Assembly (NCBI GenBank): GCA_028290355.1
Contig: JAQGKA010000504.1
Location: 1 to 44,996, forward strand
Reading direction: 5' to 3'
Length of the DNA: 44,996 nt
From: Tardiphaga sp.
GTDB taxonomy: Bacteria; Pseudomonadota; Alphaproteobacteria; Rhizobiales; Xanthobacteraceae
The notes below the pieces were generated by a model. The model was given only the letters and a program-made list of their open reading frames with translations. It ran no database searches and was not told the origin of the DNA. Positions within the stretch are counted from its first letter, which is position 1. Every line of letters begins with the position of its first letter. Position numbers and translations under genes: made by a program. This document shows, piece by piece, positions 9,943-19,008 of this stretch.

Positions 9943-10566
9943 ATGACGGACCGTAAACCGGGGACAAAAATGCGCCGCGGGGCCAACAGCGCGGCGTTGC
10001 GCGAGCAGGTCGATGCCATCTTTTCGCAATGGCAGACGGAGCGGCCGGACATCGATCCGGGCCCGGTTCATGTGTACGGCCTGATCGGCCGCATCCAGAT
10101 GCAATGCACCGCCTTTATCGATGAGGTGTTGGAGCCGTTCGCACTCACCCGTGGCACCTACGATGTCCTGACCGCCCTACGCCGTGCGGGCGCGCCCTAC
10201 GGTCTGTCGCCGAAACAGATCGCCCAATCACTGCTGCTTAGCGGCGCCGGCCTGACCAGCCGGCTCAACAAGCTCGAAGCGCAAAACTATCTGGCGCGGC
10301 TGCCGGAGCCGAACGACCGCCGCACCTTGCGCGTGCAGCTCACAGCCGCCGGCGAGGCGGTCATCAACGAAGCCATTCCGCTGGTGTTCAACGTGCAACG
10401 ACATCTGCTTCTGCCTCTTGGTGCTGATGGCCAGCAACGCCTCGTGCAGGAACTGACGCGATTTTCAGAAGCGATCGACAGCTGGCCGGTCAAGGAGTCA
10501 AAGCCGATCGGGGCACCGGATGATCTTTCGATCCGCTCACGACGGAACCGGTTTGTCCATTCGTAA
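9943..10566 (+). CDS. MarR-family transcriptional regulator
   Basis: QW..ERPD.D, YDVL.ALRRAGAPY.LSP, LTSRL.KLE and DRR....V.LT..G. Confidence 0.9.
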   Translation: MTDRKPGTKMRRGANSAALREQVDAIFSQWQTERPDIDPGPVHVYGLIGRIQMQCTAFIDEVLEPFALTRGTYDVLTALRRAGAPYGLSPKQIAQSLLLSGAGLTSRLNKLEAQNYLARLPEPNDRRTLRVQLTAAGEAVINEAIPLVFNVQRHLLLPLGADGQQRLVQELTRFSEAIDSWPVKESKPIGAPDDLSIRSRRNRFVHS

Positions 10567-10783
10567 CAAAGGCCGCTTTGCGCCAGAGGCGGTCGGTCGC
10601 GAGTAAGTTCCTGGGAAAAACCTTGCACGTTAAGTCACAATTGATCCCTCAGTCTAAGTAATCGAGCGTGACCTTACGCTTCTATGTGTATGGAACGGGT
10701 TGAACATTCCCCTTCCGAACTCAGAAAATCGCTAGAAGCTTGCCGCTAAATGAGAACCTTCCTTCGAGTATGTTGATGCATAA

Positions 10784-11464
10784 TCACCGTGGCGGCTCAT
10801 CGACCCACACGTCGCTTTGCTTGATACGCTTGATCAGGGCCTGGGGATCGAATTTCCGAAAGTCCAGGGGGATCTCGAACAGACGCGCGGGCTGCGGCTC
10901 TTCCTTAATGTTCTCAGCAGTGATGGTCACCCCGTCTTCCGTCTGGATGCGCAGCGGGAATTTAAGGTCCGCGTCGATCCAGCCGAGGATGTTGCGATTC
11001 GGGGCTGAAACGGCCCGGTAGATGGCAGCGCGGCGTCCGTCGATCATCTCCTCGCCTATGCGCTCGCACAGCCATGAATCGCTCGGGTCCATGGTGCCAG
11101 CGAGCTTCGCCATAGTCTGCCATTGCCGGCAAGGGTCGTTCGGATCGACCGGAACGAACATCCGGGTCAGCCGGCTCGATTGCCGCGCTTCCATGAAAAT
11201 TCTTTCGGCCGGGCGTGCGAAAAAAGCGGCGCGGCTCGTGGCGTTGACCAAAAAGAAGCCGTCCGCAAAATCCGGAGTTTCGATGCGCACCTTGTCGTTG
11301 AAAACACGGAGCTTCCCGGCAGTCGCGGATTCCGGGGCACTGATGTGAGTAGTGACGAGATCGGCCGAAAATTGCTGCGCCTGCGCTGAGACGCAGCCAC
11401 AAATAAGAGCGCTGACGAGGCCGAGAAGGCTCAGCCAGAACGAAACCATCAGGCCTTTGGCCAT
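10784..11464 (-). CDS. Exported LolA/DUF4412-like beta-rich protein
   Basis: Signal peptide ending AQA-QQFSADLV, beta-strand pattern (K.RIE, G.E.IDGR, WID..L.FPLRI, FEIP..F.K) and two Cys in the mature region. Start could be further upstream (11539). Confidence 0.6.
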   Translation of the reverse strand: MAKGLMVSFWLSLLGLVSALICGCVSAQAQQFSADLVTTHISAPESATAGKLRVFNDKVRIETPDFADGFFLVNATSRAAFFARPAERIFMEARQSSRLTRMFVPVDPNDPCRQWQTMAKLAGTMDPSDSWLCERIGEEMIDGRRAAIYRAVSAPNRNILGWIDADLKFPLRIQTEDGVTITAENIKEEPQPARLFEIPLDFRKFDPQALIKRIKQSDVWVDEPPR

Positions 11465-11577
11465 CGCAATAATCCGTTGTATGGGTCCGCACAAAAACAG
11501 CGCCGACCGAGCCATCAGGTTCGATCGGCGCCGCCACAACGAGGTCAGATCATAACCGCGCAGTTATTGTCGTACGA

Positions 11578-13629
11578 TCACTCGGTGTAGGCTTGATTGA
11601 CAGGATGGTCGAAGTCGAAGGTATCGAACAGGTCGGAAAGCGCCGGACTGTTGGTCGGCACGTACGGATTGTTCTTCGCCATTTTCGGGTTGGGAAGATT
11701 GTCACGGCTGCGGCTCGTCAGCGGCTGGAGCTTCCAGTTGCGCTCGATGAACTTCAACAGCGAGACGTGGTCGGCGTAGCCATGGTGGATCTTTCCGCCG
11801 GTCGAATAGGGAGAGAGAATCAGCAACGGAACGCGCGGTCCATCACCGAAGAAGTCGAGCGGCTGGACAAAGCCCGAGTCCCAGTAGCCGCCGGCTTCAT
11901 CCCACGTGATGAACACGACCGTCTCGGCCTTGAGCTTGGGATTATCGTCAAGGGCAGAGAGGACGTTGAGCGCGTAGGCTTCGAACAGATCGACCTTCGA
12001 GCTTTGCGGATGACCATCGAGTAGACCATCGGGCTTGCCGAACGACACCGAAGGCAGGGTGTTGTTCTTGATGGCCGTGATCAGATCCGAGGTATCCTTG
12101 ATATGCACCGTCCGGACTGCGGGGTCGGCCATGATCGACTTCGCGTACTGGAACGGATTGCAGATCTGGCAATAGGCGACGCCGAGGGCATGGGCTGGAT
12201 CCGCGAGCGCCGCTGCGCCCAAGTTAGGACTGGTCGGATTTGCCGCAACCGCCGCATTCGAGAGAGCCACGGCATCATTATACGCACCGCCGTAGTAGGC
12301 CCATGAGACTTGCTTCTCGATCAGGGCGTCACCAATCGTTTTGACGGCTGACGGCGGAAGGTTGTTGCCCCCCGACAAGGCGCCGTTCGGCAGGAAGCCG
12401 GGATTGACGTTGTTGAGCATGTAGTAGTGACGCTGTTTGCAATTGGGCTCCGCGGCGTAGGGCAGATGCTCCAGATAGCTCACGATCGGCTGGACGCCGG
12501 GCTGGAACACGTCCGCGCAGGCGCTGAAGTTGCCATCGACGGTGTACTGATTGATGGTGCCTGCTTTCGGATTAGGATTGGCGATCAGGGTCGTGGGCGG
12601 CGTGGTGGCATTGCCGTTACCGTCGCTCCAGTAACCGGCGTCGCCGGTGCCAAGCATGAAGTGGTTGGCACCGGTACCACCCTGGACCGACTGGTGGAAA
12701 TTGTCGCTCAGGGTGAAGCGGTCGGCCAGCATCTTCAAGACCGGAGCCTGCTCCTGCTCGGCATTGTAGAATCCCATCGAGTTGCCCTGGCTCTTGTTGG
12801 TCGCCGAATAGGAGGCCATTACGAACGGGAAGATATCGCTCTTGCAGCCAGCGGGATTGTCATTCGTCGCGTTGGCGAGGCTGCAATCCTGCTGCTGCCA
12901 TGCCTGGTAGAAGCGGTGCGTCGTGTCACCGGTATAGTCGTCGTCGCTGATGGCAGGACCTTGCAGCGGAAACGGGCCCGCCAGGGTGCCGGCGCCGGGA
13001 ACGCGGGTGTCCAGTGAATTGACCGGCAGGCTGCTGGCGCCGGTCGTCAGAATGTCGAGGTCGGACGGATCCATGTCCTTTTCGACGCTGGCTTCGGCAA
13101 CGGTCTTGAACGGCGGCGCCGTGTCGCTCGATGTCGTCGGAGTGCCAGCAGTGTTGGGCTGCGGCATCGCGTTGGTCGCGCTGTAGGGGAACTTGGCGAC
13201 ATTGGGAGCGCCGATGTAATAGGCCGGTTGAGCTCCGACCGAGAACTGTTGCGCCTGTGCGAAATTCGGACCCGGCGAGCCGTCTTCGTTGACGATTCCC
13301 TTGGACAGAAGGTTGGAAATCGTTTGTCCTTTGCCCTTCGGCCGATACACGCCGAAAGTGTGATCGAGACCGCGATTCTCGCCGATCAAAACGATGACGT
13401 GTTTGATCGGGCTTTCGGTCTTGACTGCGTCTGCGGAATCATTGCCGTGATGCTTGTCGTTATCGTTGTTGTTCTGATCAAGGTTGCTGTGATGGGAATG
13501 CTTGCGCTGGTCCCAGTTGCTTCTGCCTCCTTCAGCGCTGTAGCTTGCGGTAACAATCGCCAGCGTCGAGACGACGCATAACGCGGTCGTGGCACGCCAT
13601 CTTTTTTTCACATCGAATGTCAGTTTCAT
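11578..13629 (-). CDS. Phosphoesterase, phospholipase C/acid phosphatase AcpA family (paralog 1)
   Basis: IKHVIVLIGENRGLDHTFG, LSDNFHQSVQGGTGANH, DGHP, WDEAGGYWD, DGPRVPLLILSPY and DHVSLLKFIERNW. Signal peptide; RBS GAGG before ATG 13629. Confidence 0.92.
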   Translation of the reverse strand: MKLTFDVKKRWRATTALCVVSTLAIVTASYSAEGGRSNWDQRKHSHHSNLDQNNNDNDKHHGNDSADAVKTESPIKHVIVLIGENRGLDHTFGVYRPKGKGQTISNLLSKGIVNEDGSPGPNFAQAQQFSVGAQPAYYIGAPNVAKFPYSATNAMPQPNTAGTPTTSSDTAPPFKTVAEASVEKDMDPSDLDILTTGASSLPVNSLDTRVPGAGTLAGPFPLQGPAISDDDYTGDTTHRFYQAWQQQDCSLANATNDNPAGCKSDIFPFVMASYSATNKSQGNSMGFYNAEQEQAPVLKMLADRFTLSDNFHQSVQGGTGANHFMLGTGDAGYWSDGNGNATTPPTTLIANPNPKAGTINQYTVDGNFSACADVFQPGVQPIVSYLEHLPYAAEPNCKQRHYYMLNNVNPGFLPNGALSGGNNLPPSAVKTIGDALIEKQVSWAYYGGAYNDAVALSNAAVAANPTSPNLGAAALADPAHALGVAYCQICNPFQYAKSIMADPAVRTVHIKDTSDLITAIKNNTLPSVSFGKPDGLLDGHPQSSKVDLFEAYALNVLSALDDNPKLKAETVVFITWDEAGGYWDSGFVQPLDFFGDGPRVPLLILSPYSTGGKIHHGYADHVSLLKFIERNWKLQPLTSRSRDNLPNPKMAKNNPYVPTNSPALSDLFDTFDFDHPVNQAYTE

Positions 13630-13831
13630 TGTCGACCTCAAAGGTTAAAGTTCGCGTTAGTATACTTAGTCGCCGAACATGACGCCCGCGTTTCGGAGCT
13701 GTGAAAGCGAACAAAGAAAATTTTGATTCCAAAAAAATATCAACACGATTGGAACTTCAATGCACCGTCGCGCGCGGCGCAGTTCGTCCGACGAGCTGTC
13801 ATTCGTGGCAGTGAAAATCAGTGCACGACGA

Positions 13832-15211
13832 TCAGCGCGCAGTGTGCCTTGTCTGCAGAACCTGACGCAGAGCCGCATAGTGAGCGTCGTGGACCGTGGG
13901 ATTGAACAGCGACCACGGCTCCGCGCCCGCCAACAATGTGGGCACGGCAGCAACCATCAAATAGCGATAGTTTTTGTATTCGAAGGTCGCGTCGGAGACT
14001 CGACCTTCGGCTGCGGCCATGTCGATGCGGCGCAGCGTGAGGACGAGTTCCTTGAGGGCAAGACGTGCGAGTCCGCGTTCTTGCTGGCCGCCCGACACGC
14101 TGGTGTTCTTCCGATCGGGATAGCGCTCGGTCAGCTCGCGCAATTCGCTGCCGATCGTGTCGACCGCAAGTGCGATAACTTCCCTGTCGTTCGCCGGAAT
14201 TGCGGTTCCGAGAACGGTGGTGAAATCGTTGATTTCCTTGAGCACGGCGCCGGCGCCGTCGTGCTCATAGGGCTGCACGCCATCACCCACTGCGGTGAGA
14301 TAGGCCACCAGATCGCGCCGATCCTGCGTCGACAGACCGAGATCGAACACCCGGTCGAAATGCGCCACCACCTGATCGTAACTGTCGAAACGCCCGTCAT
14401 GAAAATATGGCACGTTGAAATCTGCGTTGCGGAGCGTCGGCGTCTTGAAAAGGCCGCCGGAGCCCACATCGTGCTGTTGATGATCGACGAATGCGGCCGA
14501 CGGCACGTGACAGCCGGCGCAGCTCTGGGCCGGATCGTGCGGAAAAGGTTTCAGGAATAACGCCTCACCGCGCCGCTCGGCATCGCTTATCTGCCCTGTC
14601 AATCGCCCGCCGGGGCCAAGATTGGGATTGGGCAGAAAATCGATGTCGTGGATGTAGGCGACGATGGCGTCGAGAACGCCGGGTGAGGGTTCAGGGCCGG
14701 AAAACTCATTGACGATGACGTTGCGGACGAAATCGCGCAGCGACGCCATCCGGCCGTCGTGGCCGTATGGAGCGAGATAGCGCGCGCCGCGCAAGCTCGG
14801 AATCCTGATCGGATCCAGCACGAAGTTGTCGGCCTTGGGGTTGAACAGCGGACCGGTGGTGTCGAAATTGCCGGGACGCGTCGACATCTTCGGGATGAAG
14901 AACTTGGCGTTGGAGGCACCGTTGACATGGCAGGTGCTACAGCTGACACCGGCCTGTCGCGCTACGCCACCCAGAATCCCGGACGAACTGAAGGCCAGAT
15001 TGCCGAGATTGACCAGATAGGACTTGCCACCGCCAACCGCTTCGGATCGGAACACCTCGCGTGGCTTGTCCAGCGCATCCTCGTTGAGTTCCGTTGTTGC
15101 AGGCAGCGTGGTCTGGTCGCCGTCGACCGGAAAAGCCCCGACGCGTCCATGAAAGCCCATCACCAGGAAGCCGAGCGCGACGGCAACGATCCATGAGCCT
15201 CGAACGGTCAT
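13832..15211 (-). CDS. Di-heme cytochrome c, bacterial cytochrome c peroxidase/MauG superfamily, with a helical C-terminal extension
   Basis: Signal peptide, two CxxCH motifs (CSTCH, CAGCH), RGEALF and FKTPTLRN....PYFHDG. Confidence 0.88.
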   Translation of the reverse strand: MTVRGSWIVAVALGFLVMGFHGRVGAFPVDGDQTTLPATTELNEDALDKPREVFRSEAVGGGKSYLVNLGNLAFSSSGILGGVARQAGVSCSTCHVNGASNAKFFIPKMSTRPGNFDTTGPLFNPKADNFVLDPIRIPSLRGARYLAPYGHDGRMASLRDFVRNVIVNEFSGPEPSPGVLDAIVAYIHDIDFLPNPNLGPGGRLTGQISDAERRGEALFLKPFPHDPAQSCAGCHVPSAAFVDHQQHDVGSGGLFKTPTLRNADFNVPYFHDGRFDSYDQVVAHFDRVFDLGLSTQDRRDLVAYLTAVGDGVQPYEHDGAGAVLKEINDFTTVLGTAIPANDREVIALAVDTIGSELRELTERYPDRKNTSVSGGQQERGLARLALKELVLTLRRIDMAAAEGRVSDATFEYKNYRYLMVAAVPTLLAGAEPWSLFNPTVHDAHYAALRQVLQTRHTAR

Positions 15212-16068
15212 CGCGATGCCGCCTCTAGCGTCGGTCGTTGCAACCGAAGCATGGCCGCTGCGCTTTGCAACGCGACCACGAGTTCCTCGCTCTCGCGACG
15301 CAGTTTCGGAATATCGACGCGCTGCAGATCGCGCCCCGCCAGGAGCGCCTTGAGCTCCTCGATCTTTCCGTCCACCGCATCAGCGAACTTTCGATCGGCC
15401 GATTTGAGCACCGCCGCGAAAATGATGCGATAAGCCAACTGGATGCCGGAGATATTGTTGCGCATGTCGTCCAGCGATGTTCCGCTGATGCGGGATTCGC
15501 CTCCGTCGGCCTTGCTCTCGCCGACCTCGTAGGCAAGCCGCACGGTGCCATCCAGCAATCCCTGCGGTGTGAGCGGCATGTTGCGAAGCTTGCCGTGAAG
15601 ATTGCTCAGATGATCAACGAGAGCATCAGTCTCGTTCTCAACATCGATGCGATTTGCGCCAAACAGCTTCGCCTCGATCGCGTGAAAACCGGTATCGGCG
15701 TTCGGCCAGGCATCGATTTGGGCGTCAAGCTCGGGAACGAAGCCGGCAGTAAAGACTTCCGAACGCTCCCAGCCGGCGCGAGCCGCGATCCAAGCTTTCC
15801 TGGCTCCTGCAAGATCCTTAGCGGCGATCCGCCCGCGCAAGTCGCGCGCGCCTGCTAAAGCCTGACCGATGCCCTCGGTCATATAGGGCCGGTAGCGCTC
15901 CGCGGCTTCGTCAAGCGGCGTAGCGTTTGCACTTCGTGCGCCAGTCACCAACACAACGGATAAAAGACACATGGCGGCCCACTGACGCCGGCGCGCGGGC
16001 GGCCCACAGTCGCGTGCCAGGCTCCGCCTCGGCGACGCAAAGAGTTCACGGCCGAGATAAGGATCCAT
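15208..16068 (-). CDS. EfeO/EfeM-imelysin (peptidase M75-like) metal-binding protein
   Basis: A..AW..AR..WERSE, TGFHAIE (HxxE) and GGESRISGTSLDDMRNN (cf. EfeO GEE..YS.TDL.D...N). Hydrophobic signal segment. The ORF-track start at 16344 is probably over-extended. Confidence 0.82.
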   Translation of the reverse strand: MDPYLGRELFASPRRSLARDCGPPARRRQWAAMCLLSVVLVTGARSANATPLDEAAERYRPYMTEGIGQALAGARDLRGRIAAKDLAGARKAWIAARAGWERSEVFTAGFVPELDAQIDAWPNADTGFHAIEAKLFGANRIDVENETDALVDHLSNLHGKLRNMPLTPQGLLDGTVRLAYEVGESKADGGESRISGTSLDDMRNNISGIQLAYRIIFAAVLKSADRKFADAVDGKIEELKALLAGRDLQRVDIPKLRRESEELVVALQSAAAMLRLQRPTLEAASR

Positions 16069-16476
16069 CACGATTTTGAAACTCTTTGTGTCGCGGCTTG
16101 CATGCTGCGACCGTATGTCGCGCGTAGCGCAATATTGTCTGCTTCGTTTGCCGTTTTGTGACGAGAACGCATTGCGTCGCGATTTTCTCACGCACTCCGA
16201 ATTTTTGTGAGAACGGACGGCTCGAGAGGCCGGGCCTGTTCGCTCTGCGCTTTCTATTCTCTCTCTCTCCATTTTCACGCGAAACATCAATCGGATCTGG
16301 TAGATGCCGCTCGACGACCTTTGTCGGCTGTCAACGCATTCCATGCGATGTCACATTTTTTTCGTCGAGCTGTCACTTAGCTCTGAAACATTTTGCGCGG
16401 CGCTTCGCATTTAATCGTCACGACGTAGCTCTCAGAATTCTTCCAAGTTCAACTCTTCAACAAGGAGGCCATCCCA

Positions 16477-18315
16477 ATGCGTTTGCCAGCAGCCTTAGGA
16501 TTTGTATCTGCTCTCGCACTTGTGATCGCAGCAGCGAGTGCCGTCGCCGCCGACGATCATCGCGGCCGCGGTTCCGACGACTTCAATAGTTCTCGCACCG
16601 CAACGCCGATCAAGCATCTCGTCGTGATCTTTCAGGAAAACGTCTCGTTTGATCACTATTTCGGCACCTATCCGAACGCCCTGAATCTGCAAGACGAAAC
16701 CCGGTTCTCGCCGTCGAAGCACACGCCTAAAGTCAATAATCTCGCGACGCCGCTCGACGTGAACCACAATTTCACACCGCTCGCAGGCGTCGACCTCCTC
16801 AACAACAACCCCAACAGCAATTCCAATGCTCCGGTCGCTCCGAACAGCAGCAAGAGCAATGGCGCTGCCGCGTCCAACCCATTCCGGCTGGCGCCTTCGC
16901 AAGCGCTGACGGCGGATCAGGGTCACAACGAAAGCCCGGAGGAAAGCGCGTACAATAACGGCCGGATGGACGGCTTCCCCGCATTCGTCGGCACTGCAGG
17001 TCCGCCGCCGAGCGGCATCGGCAGCAAGGCGCTCGTCATGGGGTACTACGACGGCAACACCGTCACCGCACTCTGGAATTACGCCCAACATTTCGCATTG
17101 AACGACAACAATTACACGACGCAGTTCGGTCCCTCGACGCCCGGTGCTATCAACCTGATCTCGGGTCAGACCAACGGCATCGCAGCAACGCTGAACGTTC
17201 TCGACGGCTCGGGGAATCTGCTGCACGGCACGCATGAGGCGTTCGGGGGCTCCGACCACATCGCGAGCAACATCACTGAAATCGGCGACGGCGACCCGCT
17301 CCAGGATGTGTGCTCGAATTCGAGCATCGATCAGGTCACCATGGCCGGCAAAAACATTGGCGACCTTCTCAATGCCAAGGGCACCACGTGGGGTTCGTTC
17401 ATGGGCGGGTTCGACCTAACCGCCGTCAACGCCAACGGCACCACCGGCTGCGCACGGGAAACCAATCCGACGGTGCCGGGCACACCTGCTTCCACGTCAG
17501 TCGATTACATTCCCCACCACGCCTGGTTTCAATACTATGAGTCTACTCGGAATCCAACTCACGCGCGTCCTAGTTCGGTTGAGGCCATCGGTCACAGCGT
17601 GATCCCGCATACCAACACGCCGGACCCGGCTAATCACCAATATGACATCAAAGACTTTTTCACGACGTTGAAAGCGGGCAACCTGCCGGCCGTGAGCTTC
17701 CTGAAGGCCGCGGCGTTTGAAGATGGACATGCTGGATATTCGGATCCGATCGATGAGCAGCATTTCCTCGTCCGGGTCATCAATGCGCTACAGAAGAGTC
17801 CGGAATGGTCGGAAACCGCAGTGGTTGTCCTCTATGATGACTCCGATGGCTGGTACGATCATCAGATGCCTCCGATCGTGAACTCGTCGTTCAACCCTGC
17901 GGTAGACACCCTCAACGGCCCCGGAGTCTGCAACACGAGCAACGGCTTTCAGCAGGGAAAAATGGTCCCGGCAGCGCCGCTCAATGGCAACTTCGGCCAG
18001 CCGGCGTGGGGCCGTTGTGGCTATGGAACCCGCATGCCACTGCTGGTGGTTTCGCCTTTCGCGAAACGGAACTACGTCGATCATACCCTGACCGATCAGA
18101 CGTCGGTGCTTCGGTTCGTCGAAGACAACTGGCTTTCCGGTGAGCGCATTCAACCGGGTGGCTCGTTCGACACCATCGCCGGACCTCTCAACAACATGTT
18201 CAACTTCGACGATCGAGATGATGACGGCCCGCGTAAGCTGGTTCTCGATGAGGCGACGGGTGTCGTGATCACCGCTTCCAAGAGCGGCGACGATCGTGAT
18301 CATGATCGTCACTAA
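16477..18315 (+). CDS. Phosphoesterase, phospholipase C/AcpA family (paralog 2)
   Basis: RBS AAGGAGG, Sec signal, IKHLVVIFQENVSFDHYFG, FGPSTPG, DGHAGYSDP, YDDSDGWYDH and GYGTRMPLLVVSP. Confidence 0.93.
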   Translation: MRLPAALGFVSALALVIAAASAVAADDHRGRGSDDFNSSRTATPIKHLVVIFQENVSFDHYFGTYPNALNLQDETRFSPSKHTPKVNNLATPLDVNHNFTPLAGVDLLNNNPNSNSNAPVAPNSSKSNGAAASNPFRLAPSQALTADQGHNESPEESAYNNGRMDGFPAFVGTAGPPPSGIGSKALVMGYYDGNTVTALWNYAQHFALNDNNYTTQFGPSTPGAINLISGQTNGIAATLNVLDGSGNLLHGTHEAFGGSDHIASNITEIGDGDPLQDVCSNSSIDQVTMAGKNIGDLLNAKGTTWGSFMGGFDLTAVNANGTTGCARETNPTVPGTPASTSVDYIPHHAWFQYYESTRNPTHARPSSVEAIGHSVIPHTNTPDPANHQYDIKDFFTTLKAGNLPAVSFLKAAAFEDGHAGYSDPIDEQHFLVRVINALQKSPEWSETAVVVLYDDSDGWYDHQMPPIVNSSFNPAVDTLNGPGVCNTSNGFQQGKMVPAAPLNGNFGQPAWGRCGYGTRMPLLVVSPFAKRNYVDHTLTDQTSVLRFVEDNWLSGERIQPGGSFDTIAGPLNNMFNFDDRDDDGPRKLVLDEATGVVITASKSGDDRDHDRH

Positions 18316-18332
18316 AGCTTGATCCGAGAAAG

Positions 18333-18356
18333 TCCCCCGGGGCTCGACCCGGGGGA
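18333..18356 (+). terminator. GC-rich stem-loop after phosphoesterase 2
   Basis: TCCCCCGGG-gctcga-CCCGGGGGA, a 9-bp stem. There is no U-tract, so it may be an mRNA-stabilising hairpin instead. Confidence 0.45.
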
Positions 18357-18509
18357 TCATGCTCAACTATGAAGATGACACGACGTCGTTCCGTAGCTGA
18401 TAAAGAAACGGCACATTCACAGCATGTCCGCCACGGAGCCGGCGGCAAATCGGCTGAGCTCTTCGGACCCTCGGCGACATCGAAGTTGAAGAGGTTATTG
18501 AGCTCCGGC

Positions 18510-18983
18510 ATGGTCGTTGACATCGGATTGTTTGCGCTGCTCTGTTTGCTGAGCTGGGTGCTTGCGTGGATCGATATTCGCCACGGAATCATTCCGGACT
18601 GGCTGAATGCAACCGTCGCCGTTCTGGGATTGTCGAAAGCCGTCATTGCCGGTGGTTCGCTGGCCGGCCTGGAGGTCGCGTGCGAGGGCGCGGCTATCGG
18701 AGTCACATTCTGGCTATTGCGACGGCTGTATTTCGTTTTACGAAAAATCCAGGGCCTTGGTCTGGGAGACGTCAAATTCCTGGCCGCCGCCGGATTGTGG
18801 ATCGGCATTGCTGGGCTTCCCATGTTGTTGCTGGTTGCCGCGCTGACGGCTCTTGCCGCAGCCGGATTCATGCAGGTGGCGGGGCAGCAAATGACTCGCC
18901 GGACGTCCATTTCGTTCGGGCCATTTCTGGCGATCGGCCTGTTGCTCACGCTCGCGTTTCGGCAATACTTGCCACAAAGCTGA
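18510..18983 (+). CDS. gspO: Prepilin peptidase, A24 family (peptidase domain only)
   Basis: Two catalytic Asp motifs (AWIDIRH..IPD and GLGLGDVKF) and C-terminal FGPFL. No N-terminal Cys-rich methyltransferase domain. Start uncertain (18369-18510). Confidence 0.85.
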   Translation: MVVDIGLFALLCLLSWVLAWIDIRHGIIPDWLNATVAVLGLSKAVIAGGSLAGLEVACEGAAIGVTFWLLRRLYFVLRKIQGLGLGDVKFLAAAGLWIGIAGLPMLLLVAALTALAAAGFMQVAGQQMTRRTSISFGPFLAIGLLLTLAFRQYLPQS

Positions 18984-19008
18984 TCGGGTTCAACATCGTC
19001 AGAGATGG

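Noticed and set aside
16069-16344. N-terminal extension of the EfeO-like ORF to 16344
   Set aside because: It would place the signal segment more than 120 aa from the start and cover the divergent promoter region.
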